From Azolla caroliniana (taxonomy: Eukaryota; Plantae; Polypodiophyta): 14,947 nucleotides of DNA. Location: positions 1 to 14,947 of the forward strand of contig JBHGNT010000825.1 of NCBI GenBank assembly GCA_043228905.1, read 5' to 3'. Position numbers and translations under genes: made by a program. Position 1 is the stretch's first letter. Each line of letters opens with the position of its first letter. The notes beneath the pieces were generated by a model. That model saw nothing but the letters and a program-made list of their open reading frames with translations. It was not told the DNA's origin and ran no database searches. This document shows, one piece after another, positions 1 through 9,198 of the stretch.

Positions 1-79
1 CGACCATCTCGCCAAATCCACCAATATTGATCAATAAGGAGTAATTAACGTGGACTTCCCTGTTAAGGCATGTTGTATG

Positions 80-378
80 TGTGGATCGAATATGTGCGGA
101 AACGTATGTATGAGGGTTTGTCGTAGTGTTCAACAAACAACACAGAAGGAAGGCAAGAGAATAAACAAAGAATGGACACATTCTAAGCTTTAATGGAAGC
201 TTTGATATATTACGTTCTTTCTCACTCTCACTCTCACTCAGAGATCACTATACAGGATGATCAAGAAGTTCTCTCTTTTACACCGTTAGGTTATTGTTTA
301 TATATACTAAGCCCTAACTCTTTTGGACGAGTTCACACTAGGATACAAATTGGAAGGAGTTGGCCTTTTATGCCAACA
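80..378 (-). repeat. 3' LTR of copia-1 (299 bp, TG...CA)
   Basis: Minus strand starts TGTTGGCA directly after the PPT and ends GATCCACA. 80-207 matches 5047-5174 at 120/128 nt (hand count). TATA-like TATATATAAA at 297-306 on minus; short (CTCACT)n at 221-240. Confidence 0.9.
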
Positions 379-388
379 AAATCCCCCG
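379..388 (-). promoter_or_regulatory. Polypurine tract of copia-1
   Basis: Minus strand reads CGGGGGATTT immediately before TGTTGG, resembling the usual copia GGGGGAG(ATT)-TG junction. Confidence 0.75.
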
Positions 389-593
389 TAAAAGGACTAC
401 TCTTTCCTACATGTTCAAGTGTTTGGGGTTATCTACCCCGTAAACCTAGATTACAAATTTAATCTAAATTTATATTTACAACTCAATCGACATGTGGCTG
501 AGTTGACAAAGATGTGTTCAATGTCTATCCTGGTTCGGCTAGTCAGTCAGATTGACTTGTCTGAGTTGATCGGTTCGGCTTACCTTTTGATCC

Positions 594-1090
594 TCATTTG
601 GCCTTCTTCTGCACGGTCGCTTGTCGCAGTCCCATATTTGTCCTTAGTGTTCTGAAGCGTTGATCTAGGAGTGGCTTCATCAGGTAATTGATGATGTTCA
701 CCTCGGTGTCGATCTTCCGGACTTCAATCTTCTTCTCGGTTATGAGCTCCCGGATGTGATGATACCGCACCTCAATATGCTTTGTCTTTGCGTGATAGAC
801 AGGATTGTTGATGAGGTGTATAACGCTCTATGAGTCGCAATAGATGGTTGGCTCTAGCCGATCGATTCGGCCTGTAGATGAAAAGTTGGCAGACAGTCGG
901 TGCAATCAGATTGCTTCCTTCGTTGCCTCTGACGTTGTCATGTACTCGGCCTCTGTGGTCGACAGGGCCATGCACTCTTGAAGCTTCGACCTCCATGATA
1001 TAGCACCACCACCATAGGTGAAGATATAGCCGATGTTGACTTCCTATTGTTCGTATTACCAATTTACCACCATAGTTGGAGTCCGTGTAT
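594..1090 (-). pseudogene. Ty1/copia RNase H domain remnant
   Basis: Hand translation gives IYCDS*SVIHLINNPVYHAKTKHIEVRYHHIRELITEKKIEVRKIDTEVN, matching the copia CDN..A...HxRTKHIDxRYHFIR motif. Confidence 0.92.
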
Positions 1091-2180
1091 CGTTAGACTT
1101 CGGTTGAGGTTGTCAAACCGAAAGTCAGTTGTGTATCTTTGGTCCCTCTTAGGTACCTGAAGATGTGTTTGACGGTCTCCCAATGATTCCGTCCTGGGTT
1201 TGACATGTACTAGCTGACCACCCCTATGGCATATGTTAGGTTGGCTTGGGTCGCCACCATTGCGTACATGATACTTCCTACAGCCGATGAGTAGGGCATC
1301 TTTCCATTAAGCTCTCTCTCCTTGTTCATTGAAGGAGAGTCTCTGTCCGATAGTCAGAAGCGGTGTTGATGCTGGTTGCGCATTCTCCATCAGCACCTTC
1401 CTGATATAGTCGGACTGGGAGAGTCGAAGAGTCTTAGTCGTTTGATTTCGCTCGATCCTCATTCCCAATATGTATCGGGTTTGTCCGAGTTCCTTCGTCG
1501 TGAACTTGTTGTGCAGATTCTGCGTTAGCTTCTTTATTTTCGTTTGACTGCTACCTACAATCAACATGTCGTCGACATATAGGATCAGATAAATCCTAGA
1601 CTCGTCGGCCAATTTCCGAATGTACATACATGGGTCGGAATCTGATCGGCGGTATCCAAGCTGCCTGATGTAGGAGTCGAACTTTTGGTACCACATCCTC
1701 TACGCTTGTTTCAAGCCATAGAGGCTTTTCTTCAGTCGACATACGAGGTGACTTTCCTCCCTCGTAGTTGTGAAGCCTACCGGTTGAGATATGTAAAGGT
1801 CTTCTTCCAGATCTCCATGTAGAAATGTCGTCTTTACGTCCATCTGTTCAAGCTCTATGCCTTCTGTTGCCACAACTCCTAATAGGAGTCGAAGGGTGGT
1901 CATCTTGACTACTGGTGAGAATATCTCATCATAGTCAACCCCATGTTCTTGTTTGAACCCTTTCGCAACAAGCCGAGTTTTGTATTTGGTTTTCTCTGAG
2001 TCAGATATATATTTGTATCGAAAAACCCATTTGCTAGGTAGCGACTTTCTTCCAACTGGTAGTTCGACTAGCTCCCATGTGTGATTCTATCGAATCGAGT
2101 TCATCTCGGATTGCATGGCTTGTAGCCATGTATCGGCGTCCGGTACGGATATAGCTTCTTTGTAAGTAATTGGTTCACTT
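1091..2180 (-). pseudogene. Ty1/copia reverse transcriptase (RVT_2-type) remnant
   Basis: EPITYKEA...WLQAMQSEM, LEQMDVKTTFLHGDLEEDLY, VCRLKKSLYGLKQA, LILYVDDMLIVG (YVDD catalytic motif), YILGMRIER. Confidence 0.96.
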
Positions 2181-2699
2181 GCATACATGTAGTTGACGTA
2201 GATGAGGCCCGGTTGATAAAACTCTATAGGCCTTCTGACTCGTCCGGATCTCCTGAGTGTCGATTTTGTTGGTTCGAACTCTTCAATCGGCTCGAGCAGC
2301 CGATCGCTATTACTTGAACCTTCTTTAGGAGTCCTATTACATGACTCACCCCTGTAGTAGGATTTCGGTAATGTCATGGCATCGTCCTCTTCTTCGGGAT
2401 CATTTGATGTGGAGGTAGAAGACTTCGTCGACTCGGGTCTGTTTTTTCCTTTAGCCTTGGGTGTGTTAGGCAGATCGGCTCTATCATTTCTGGCGTGCAC
2501 CTTGTTGACTTTGCCTTTTTTGACTCTTGTCAATTCGGCTTTGATGGCTTTTTCTTTTAGTTCGACTAGTGGACCTCCTATCAATTCAAAGTTGGCAGGT
2601 GTGTTGTCGACGACTTGTCGGCTTGGTCGAGTTCAACTGTTTGTTGAATCTCTTATTCAGTCCGGTGGGTTGGTCTTTCTATGATGTCGTTATTGACTT

Positions 2700-3724
2700 T
2701 GAAGGAGACCTTCTTACCAACTATTTTCTGCTGGTTCCTAGTAGAGAGAATAGAGTCTTCATTGAAGACTACATCACCACTCTGGATCAATTTCCGATTC
2801 GCTAGGTCCCATAGCCTGTAGCGGAATTCCCCATCAGTTCCATAAACGAGCAATATGCATTTTGCTGCATGGGGTGCCAACTTAGTCCTTTTCTCTCTGG
2901 CGATGAATGCATAGGCTTCGCACCCGAATATATGGAGCCTATCATAGGTCGGTTGTGTGCCTAACCATAGTGCTTGTGGCACTTCAAGGCTCATTGCTTT
3001 CGACGGCGATAAGTTGATCAAATATATTGCCATCTACAATGCTTCAGCCTAGAACTCCATCTTCAGTCCAACTTGTTGGAGCTTTGCTGTCACTCTCTCC
3101 TGGATTGTTCGGTTGATTCGTTCTGCCACTCCATTTTTCATGGGTGCATAAGGAACGGTCTTTTGATGCCAGATCCCTTTATCGGACAGGTACAGTTTGA
3201 AGGCTCTGGAGGTATATTCTCTGTCGTTGTCGGATCGGAGTGTCTTCACTCTATGTCCCGACCAGTTCTCCACTTCAGATATCCACAGAGTGAAGACCTC
3301 GAGCGCTTTGTCTTTGGATCTTATCGAGTAGGCCCAAAACTTCTGTGTACAATCATCTAGAAATGTGATGAAGTACCTGGAGCCTCCTAATGATCGCTCT
3401 AGCATGGGTCCACATATATCTGTGTGCACGAGCTCAAGGGGTTGTCGTACCGTCTCGTAGTGGAGAGAGTGCGGACTTCGGGTTTATTTCCCGAATCGAC
3501 AATGCTTGCAGAAGTTCGTCTTTGCTTGAAGTTTCGGGATGTAAGCCTACCGCTATCAGTCGATCGAGTCCGGCTTGAGACATATGGCTGAGTCGGCCAT
3601 GCCATAGGTTTGGGTCGATCTTTTTAGCTATGTTTACTGCCCTTTCTGGATTAATCGCCATCAAAGGGTACATGTAGTTGTACTTGTGTCCACTCCCAAT
3701 TCTGAGATTTCCCTGGCTAATCAT
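2700..3724 (-). pseudogene. copia integrase remnant (HHCC zinc finger, core, C-terminal SH3/GKGY-like region)
   Basis: LWHGRLSHMS...FCKHCRFGK; HTDICGP...YFITFLDD...LRSDNDREY...NGVAERINRTI; HIFGCEAY...KL...YRLWD...DVVFNE. Confidence 0.95.
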
Positions 3725-3748
3725 CCATATCGACTCACTTAGAGTCGT

Positions 3749-4000
3749 TCAATACCCGTCTTCGGCTAGCATGCCGATGGAAACCAAACTCCTTTTTAGA
3801 TTGGGTACATGCCGGACTTGGTCCAGGATCATTGTGTTACCATTTGACAATTGAATTGGTCCAACTCCTGCTATTTTGCACTCCTGCCCATTGCCTAGTT
3901 GGACAATGCCACTGGCGCCAACCCTAAACCCTAAAAACCATTCATTTTTTGGGGTCACATGGAATGTTGCACCGGAGTCCAATAGCCACGTGTGTGCATC
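3749..4000 (-). pseudogene. copia aspartic protease remnant
   Basis: WLLDSGATFHVT catalytic motif, followed by VQLGNG...VRHVPNLKRSLVSIG. Confidence 0.95.
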
Positions 4001-4167
4001 TTGTGCACTATAGAGGACTTCTCTGATCATTGAATCCTCTAAGGAGAGAATTTCTCCTGATCGGGTGTTGGCAACATTGATTTGGTACCGACTAGAGAGT
4101 GGTTTGAGTCGGGTCGTTCTCAATTCCACTCGGATCGCCGACCACTCTCTTTCCTCTTGATCGACCA

Positions 4168-4209
4168 GCAGTCAAAAACATTGTGGCCAGCTTTTCTGCA
4201 ATGTGTGCA
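4168..4209 (-). other. Gag CCHC zinc knuckle of copia-1
   Basis: Hand translation CTHCRKAGHNVFDC fits CX2CX4HX4C. Confidence 0.93.
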
Positions 4210-5032
4210 GAATTCGCCGGATCGGCCCGTTCTCAACTTCGACCGTTGTCGGTCTCCCCTCGTTTTAGATCAACTATGGTGTCGACCGACTCTATCGGCT
4301 TGTTCTCTTGATCTACTCAATCGGTCGACCGACTTGGTCAAGTGGTGGGCTTCCGCCGATTCGACGATGGTGAGTCCTATCGATTTTCGGTGAATGTCCT
4401 CAGTGAGGACTTGGTTGATCGTCTCATCCAGATTAAGGATTGGTCTGGCTATTGGCGTACGTCGTGCAAAATACCTCCCAACTCGTCGGCAAGATCGATA
4501 GGGTGGCAAGAGCTTTGACTTCTTCTTGGAAGTTGATCCCTTGTGAGGAGAGTTCTGACAACACCCAACGGAAGGTGTTGATGTGGGAGGTAGCCGGATC
4601 GGTATCTCTCATCTTCATTTTGAACAATTGTTTGATCAAAATCAGTTTTGACGATGAGGACTTTTTCTAATACACGGCTTGTAGCTTCTCCCACAATGAG
4701 AATGTTGTTGTCTCTTTTGCCATGTTGAAGTAGACGTTTTCGGCCAGATGCATTTGGATGTGGAGCGTGCGATTTCGTCTTTAGATCTCCACTCTTCGGT
4801 TGTCATCGAGGCAGGATTTTCACTGTGTCGAATGGCTTCGATTTGTCTTCTAATGATCAACACGTCCTGCATCATCTCCTTCCATAGGGCAAAGTTTTTG
4901 CCATCGAATTTTCTGATTTCGACTCTTGTTCCGGATGTTGAAGCCATGTTCTTCTTTGAAAGTGAGATTTTATTGATCTGGTCTTTTTCCTTTCAGCTTT
5001 TTCTGTTGTTTGTTGCCGCCGAGCCATGGATT

Positions 5033-5044
5033 GCTTTGATACCA
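5033..5044 (-). promoter_or_regulatory. Primer binding site (initiator tRNA-Met) of copia-1
   Basis: Minus strand TGGTATCAAAGC is one mismatch from canonical TGGTATCAGAGC and lies 2 nt after the LTR-terminal CA. Confidence 0.93.
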
Positions 5045-5046
5045 GT

Positions 5047-5174
5047 TGTGGATCAAATATGTGCGGAAACGTACGTATGAGGATTTGTCATAGTGTTCAA
5101 CAAACAACATAGAATGAAGGCAAGAGAATAAACAAAGAATGGACACGTTCTAAGCTGTAATGGAAGCTTTGATA
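5047..5174 (-). repeat. Truncated 5' LTR of copia-1 (only the PBS-proximal 128 bp remain)
   Basis: Matches 80-207 with 8 substitutions. Similarity stops abruptly after GAAGCTTTGATA. Confidence 0.93.
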
Positions 5175-6775
5175 GAAATAGCTTACTAGACTCCTTTTCC
5201 GGTTTGTTGTAGTTCCATAACCCTTGTAACTATCATATTCACCTTTAAGTGTATTTACCAATCATTCCCAGAAAGACTTAACCTGATCCACAACATTAGT
5301 TTATTCAGCATTATATATTTTGGAACACCTCGCTTTCCAAATAATCCATAAGGTTAAAGTGGAGTTAATCTTCCAAACATAACACTAGGAGAAGAATTTG
5401 ATTCCCTGCAGGGAACTTGACATAGCATACACTTAAAACCTTTTCACATATAAAGTCAATGATGAATTATGATGATGATAAAAAACTGTTTGTTGATCCA
5501 ACGTTCCCTAAAAGATTGTACCCCACATGAAGATAGTCGACCTATACTTACGACCTAAAAGCCTAAGAATATGAAACCATAAACATTTGGCCGCAACACA
5601 TTCCCAAAAAACATGATGCAATGTCTCAAATGCAAACCCACACATAACACATGATTGATCATGCACCGTTCCCTGCAATAAGCTCATACTGTCAAGTCTG
5701 GTTCTTGGCATACTATTAACAGAGAGAACAATCCTATACGATAGCATGGAACGTATCTCTTTGACAATGCATAATGAATCATCAACCATCGAAAATGCAA
5801 TACCTTGTTCATACATCCCAAATTCAAGTACACACCCCAAGCTTTGGAAGTCCTTGCACTTGGAACTACACAATGAAGATGCCATGTCTCCAACTAGACA
5901 TCATGAAATCTCTTATGTCGTTGTTGTCTTAGACACTCTAATAATCCCTAGTCTATTGTTTTGCATGTCATCATAGCCCCAAGCTCCCAACATTTTTGCT
6001 AAAAAGAACCCATGTCCAACATGGGTGAATCTTCGTGGCATCATTGTTGAAGGTACACACAAAGGAACCTCAACAATGTGGCAAGTGAAAAACATATTTA
6101 TATTGCACAACCCAAGGATGACACAAAGGTAACACCCAACTCTAGCTTCCAAAATGCGATCAAATTCACCCAAAGTCAAAACTCGTTGGAGCTAAACCCA
6201 CAACACCCATCAAAACAACTTACATCAAGGGCTACACACACCAATGAGATGGGACAAAGCCTTTCTTCGTGGCCCAAGTCTCTTGCTAATCTACAAAAGC
6301 TAAAGAGTGATTTTAAGCTAGCACAAAGTTTTGGGTTCTTTATGTATCATACATGGCAACACAAATCCACTCACATCCCTCCCATCAATATTCAACCACA
6401 TCCTCCACCAACAAACACTCATGACACCTTTTACACATACACCCACCACACCATTCACTTGGTAGTGGCACATGAACACTTCTTATGGAGCCCCACACAT
6501 GTCCTCCAAAATGAGAAACCTATACAAGGCTTCCCCAAAGCTTATGCTCCCAAATTTACCTTCCTCTAAAGAGATCCCTCCAAGAATGGGGATCTTGAGG
6601 TATACATTTGAGAACCAAACATGCAATTACTAACTTTTCTTTTTAAATCGTTAGCACAAAGTTTGTACATATGGCATAGCCTCCATATAGGGTAATGTGA
6701 AATATCAGACGATCTAACACGCATGTAGTAATCTTCCTTGTCATCATTTAACCTTTTACAAACACCCATAAGGTT
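5175..6775 (-). mobile_element. L1-type LINE fragment A (ORF2 C-terminal region with zf-RVT-like zinc finger), 3' end missing
   Basis: KVLHFRWLMIHYAL and CVMCGFAFETLHHVFWECVAAKCLW...FMWG, then LVNTLKGEYD, homologous to fragments B and D. The extension over 5900-6775 is weakly supported, so the upper boundary is approximate. Confidence 0.75.
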
Positions 6776-6927
6776 GAATGTCTTGTTTTCTACTAGATCT
6801 TTTCATTATGTTTGTTTGCATTCTGTCTTTTGTTAACATACCTTTTCGTCTAATTTACTTATGTTTAACTTATGCTTTTACCTCCTGTAAAGAATCGATG
6901 ATTCTTGTGCAGCGGAAGAGATGTGTG

Positions 6928-6930
<3 letters not shown>

Positions 6931-6970
<40 letters not shown>
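6931..6970 (+). repeat. (TG)20 microsatellite
   Basis: Perfect dinucleotide run read directly from the sequence. Confidence 0.99.
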
Positions 6971-6974
<4 letters not shown>

Positions 6975-7336
6975 GAGGAGAGGAGAGAAATATGAAGTAC
7001 TCAAGAAGAAGATTGTATATTAACAAGGAGAATATCAATTACAAAATGTAGCATTACAATGGAGGACAACCGACACCTTATGAAGTAGGACGAGGGTGAT
7101 TTATATAAGGCCACCCTCTCTCTTCATTAACTCACTTCAACACCCACTTTCTCTCTAGATGAAGACTTATTAGTCATGGGGAATAGGGAACTCATTAGTT
7201 ATGTGTCATAGAATATGATTCTATGACACATAGTTAATGTATAGAGAGTAGTGGTGTGACTCTTGACCTTTGAGTGATCATAGATTCTCAAAGGGTGTGT
7301 TCACACACTAGACTAAGTTGAGCTTGATTCTCAACA
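6969..7336 (-). mobile_element. Orphan/solo LTR of an unrelated LTR retrotransposon (~368 bp)
   Basis: Minus strand starts TGTTGAGA and ends CTTTACA, with an internal TATA (CCTTATATAAAT, ~7099-7110) and a CT-rich U5-like end. No matching 5-bp TSD was found. Confidence 0.6.
7193..7239. repeat. Inverted repeat: 15-bp perfect arms with a 3-nt loop, extendable to a 22-bp stem
   Basis: TATGTGTCATAGAAT (7200-7214), ATG loop, ATTCTATGACACATA (7218-7232). Outer CATTAGT/GTTAATG pairs with two G-T wobbles. Confidence 0.95.
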
Positions 7337-7829
7337 CCTCCAATCCCTTTTTCTCTCTACTCCAAATAACTTCCATGTTTTTCTCCTCATAGCTTTCCTT
7401 ATTCCCCACCTTATGTTTAGTCTTTTGCTCCTCCCAATTCTATTTTTGTCTTTCACTCATTTCCTACATTTTCCTTTATTATTTCCTCCTATATCCTTTT
7501 TCTTCTTTCCTTCTCACCAATTATTTCCTTCATTCTTCATGTGTGTGGTTTATCAGGCTTTTTTATTGTGGTAGTATCCTTCATGCCAAAGTAAGAGCAT
7601 TACATTGCACTACATTGTCATACATATCATGCTCGATGTGTCAAACCATTGGGGGTTTGTACGAAGAGAGTTCATAATGAAAAACGAGAGAGACGAGCAC
7701 AGACAAACGATAGAGATAGTGTATGATTCAAGAAGCAAGAGTGTATGATAAAAACAAGCTTTATTATATTGAGAATACAATAGTTTTACTAAAGTTAAAA
7801 TGCTCAATCACAAAGATAATACTTTATCT

Positions 7830-7903
7830 CTACCAAACTAGGACTCAAACCCTTGAACTCCAATTTTGAAAGACGTGACACTGCGCAGATGAGCTAACTT
7901 GAT
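7830..7903 (-). other. Degenerate tRNA-like segment (Pol III A/B boxes): possible SINE head or tRNA pseudogene
   Basis: Minus strand TAGCTCATCTGC (7896-7885, A-box-like) and GGTTTGAGTCC (7851-7841, B-box-like) at tRNA-like spacing. The cloverleaf stems are not intact. Confidence 0.35.
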
Positions 7904-8209
7904 TGATTGATTAATTGATTGTTTGAATTCATTAATCGATGCCTATATGCATACCTCACATGCATTGACGTATGTGAGGGTGACTGCAACGCATGATCAC
8001 CATTTGGCACACATGTATTACATGTGATGCATGATAGCCATCCTACTCACTCAAGTTCCCATGTATGAAAATAGAAGTAGAAAATAAGTGTGATGATAAG
8101 AATATAATTATACAAAATAGATTATCCTAATGGTTTGTATTTTGTACTTGATATACAAAATTATGGTTCAAGGCTTACAAATGTCACTTGATATAATATT
8201 TGAGTTTGT

Positions 8210-8836
8210 TTTTATATTGTGAAGCAATTGCTTCACGACAATGTGCAAAACATTGTTTTTGTTTGTTATCTAACCTATGGTTATGTGTGATAGGTTAATA
8301 TATAGTCATCAAGATATCCCAAGGTGACCTATAGTCAAGGTGATAAGTCATGGTGACCTCGAATCCCCATGATACATCATGGAGCCCTAAAAGCCATCAT
8401 AAAGTAATGGTGATGTAGAGTCGCCATGGTGTCATGAGTGACTTATAGTCACCATTGTACCACAAATGTCAGCAAGAGGCTACTAGCCCCACTATTTATG
8501 GGTTTTCTTCAATCTTCATGATCAGCAAGATGGTCTCATGTGGCATTAACGACCTAAGATATGAGGATACCACAACCTCTCACCATCTTGATAATTAGTC
8601 ACTATTGTTACATCAACTAGGACTCATTAGTTTGACTTACCTAACAATGAAGGATAGAGATTTATGGCATGACTCTATAGTTTAGTTGTCACCACTTGTC
8701 CTTTGAGTCAATAGCAACAAAATTTGGAAAGTCATTCTAGTTTTTCTCACCTTTCCTAGCTATGTATCGATTTCCCTAACTATCTATCTCACTCGCAAAA
8801 CAATATAAGCCATGGATAAGTTGCCAACATTACTAG
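8210..8836 (+). mobile_element. Candidate non-autonomous Helentron/Helitron2-like element
   Basis: T-run, then TTATATTGT (8212-8220) overlapping an 18-bp perfect palindrome (8219-8236). The inverted copy ACAATATAA (8800-8808) lies about 28 nt before the end of a CTAG (8833-8836). Internal minisatellite. Confidence 0.4.
8290..8456. repeat. Degenerate tandem array of 5-6 palindromic units, period 28-29 bp, consensus CATGGTGAC-N5-GTCACCATG
   Basis: Units start at about 8320, 8349, 8378, 8406 and 8433, with a weaker one near 8291. Examples: CATGGTGACCTCGAATCCCCATG, AATGGTGATGTAGAGTCGCCATG, CATGAGTGACTTATAGTCACCATT. Confidence 0.75.
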
Positions 8837-9179
8837 AGCTCTACCTTTAGGGAGATACACTCTATCCTTTCCTAGATGAGGCCATAGGGAATTCACTCTA
8901 AGCTCATCGATCATTTCTTTCGTGGTTAATCACCCAACTCAAGCAAGGTGGTGATGTAAGTCTTTGATGATCATTCACTGACAAAGTTGGGATTTAAAAT
9001 CCCAAACATCTGAGATGTGCTCATCCTTGTGGATTGTGCAACCTTATTTCACACTTTTGAGTCCATGATTAACGACAAAAATCATGCACTTTATGTCATA
9101 TCAATTGGTGGTTGACTCATTTCTTGCATACCAAATTACATGTTAATCTATAGTTTCGCATTTTAGTGAATGCACCGAG

Positions 9180-9198
9180 AAACTCTTCATGGTAGATC
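9180..9198 (+). repeat. Left target-site duplication of LINE B (partner at 10237-10255)
   Basis: AAACTCTTCATGGTAGATC versus AAACTCTTCATGATAGATC, 18/19 identical. Confidence 0.85.

Larger units (their letters stand above)
594..4947 (-). pseudogene. copia-1 gag-pol polyprotein, disrupted by many stops and frameshifts
   Basis: Starts MASTSGTRVEIRKFDGKNFALWK (ATG at 4947). The ORF-track fragments supply gag, PR, IN and RT in order; the RNaseH frame, translated by hand, ends at TGA 596-594. Confidence 0.95.
80..5174 (-). mobile_element. Ty1/copia LTR retrotransposon (copia-1), near full length, degenerate, 5' LTR truncated; Tnt1/Tork-like gag start
   Basis: Direct repeats at 80-207 and 5047-5174, PBS at 5033-5044, PPT at 379-388. 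Minus-strand domain order gag-PR-IN-RT-RNaseH is diagnostic of copia. Confidence 0.97.

Noticed and set aside
75-79. 5-bp TSD of copia-1
   Set aside because: The other end of the element is missing, so the flank GTATG has no testable partner.
379-655. Extra env-like or Sirevirus-type ORF after pol
   Set aside because: Only about 215 bp separate the pol stop from the LTR, and the ORFs at 193-462 and 419-655 are short, antisense and motif-free.
2376-5080. Plus-strand ORFs (2376-2684, 2569-2805, 3073-3360, 3390-3578, 4082-4393, 4440-4670, 4748-5080) as antisense genes
   Set aside because: They are shadows of the minus-strand gag-pol frame, with no recognisable domains.
5047-5174. 5' LTR truncated at the transcription start, i.e. 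copia RNA retroposed by LINE machinery
   Set aside because: The 3' LTR keeps a complete U5 with CA and no poly(A). The break also lies about 60 nt past the start expected from the TATA-like box.
6078-6569. 163-aa His/Thr/Pro-rich plus-strand ORF as a gene
   Set aside because: Its composition follows from the C/A strand skew opposite the decayed LINE A, and it has no domain signature.
6778-7023. 81-aa ORF with a CVCVCV run
   Set aside because: It is a translation of the (TG)20 microsatellite.
7830-7903. Functional tRNA gene
   Set aside because: The acceptor, anticodon and T stems do not pair, and the B box has TTT instead of TTC.
8290-8456. CRISPR array (regularly spaced palindromic repeats)
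   Set aside because: Spacers are only 4-6 nt, the repeats are highly degenerate, there are no cas genes and the context is eukaryotic transposon DNA.
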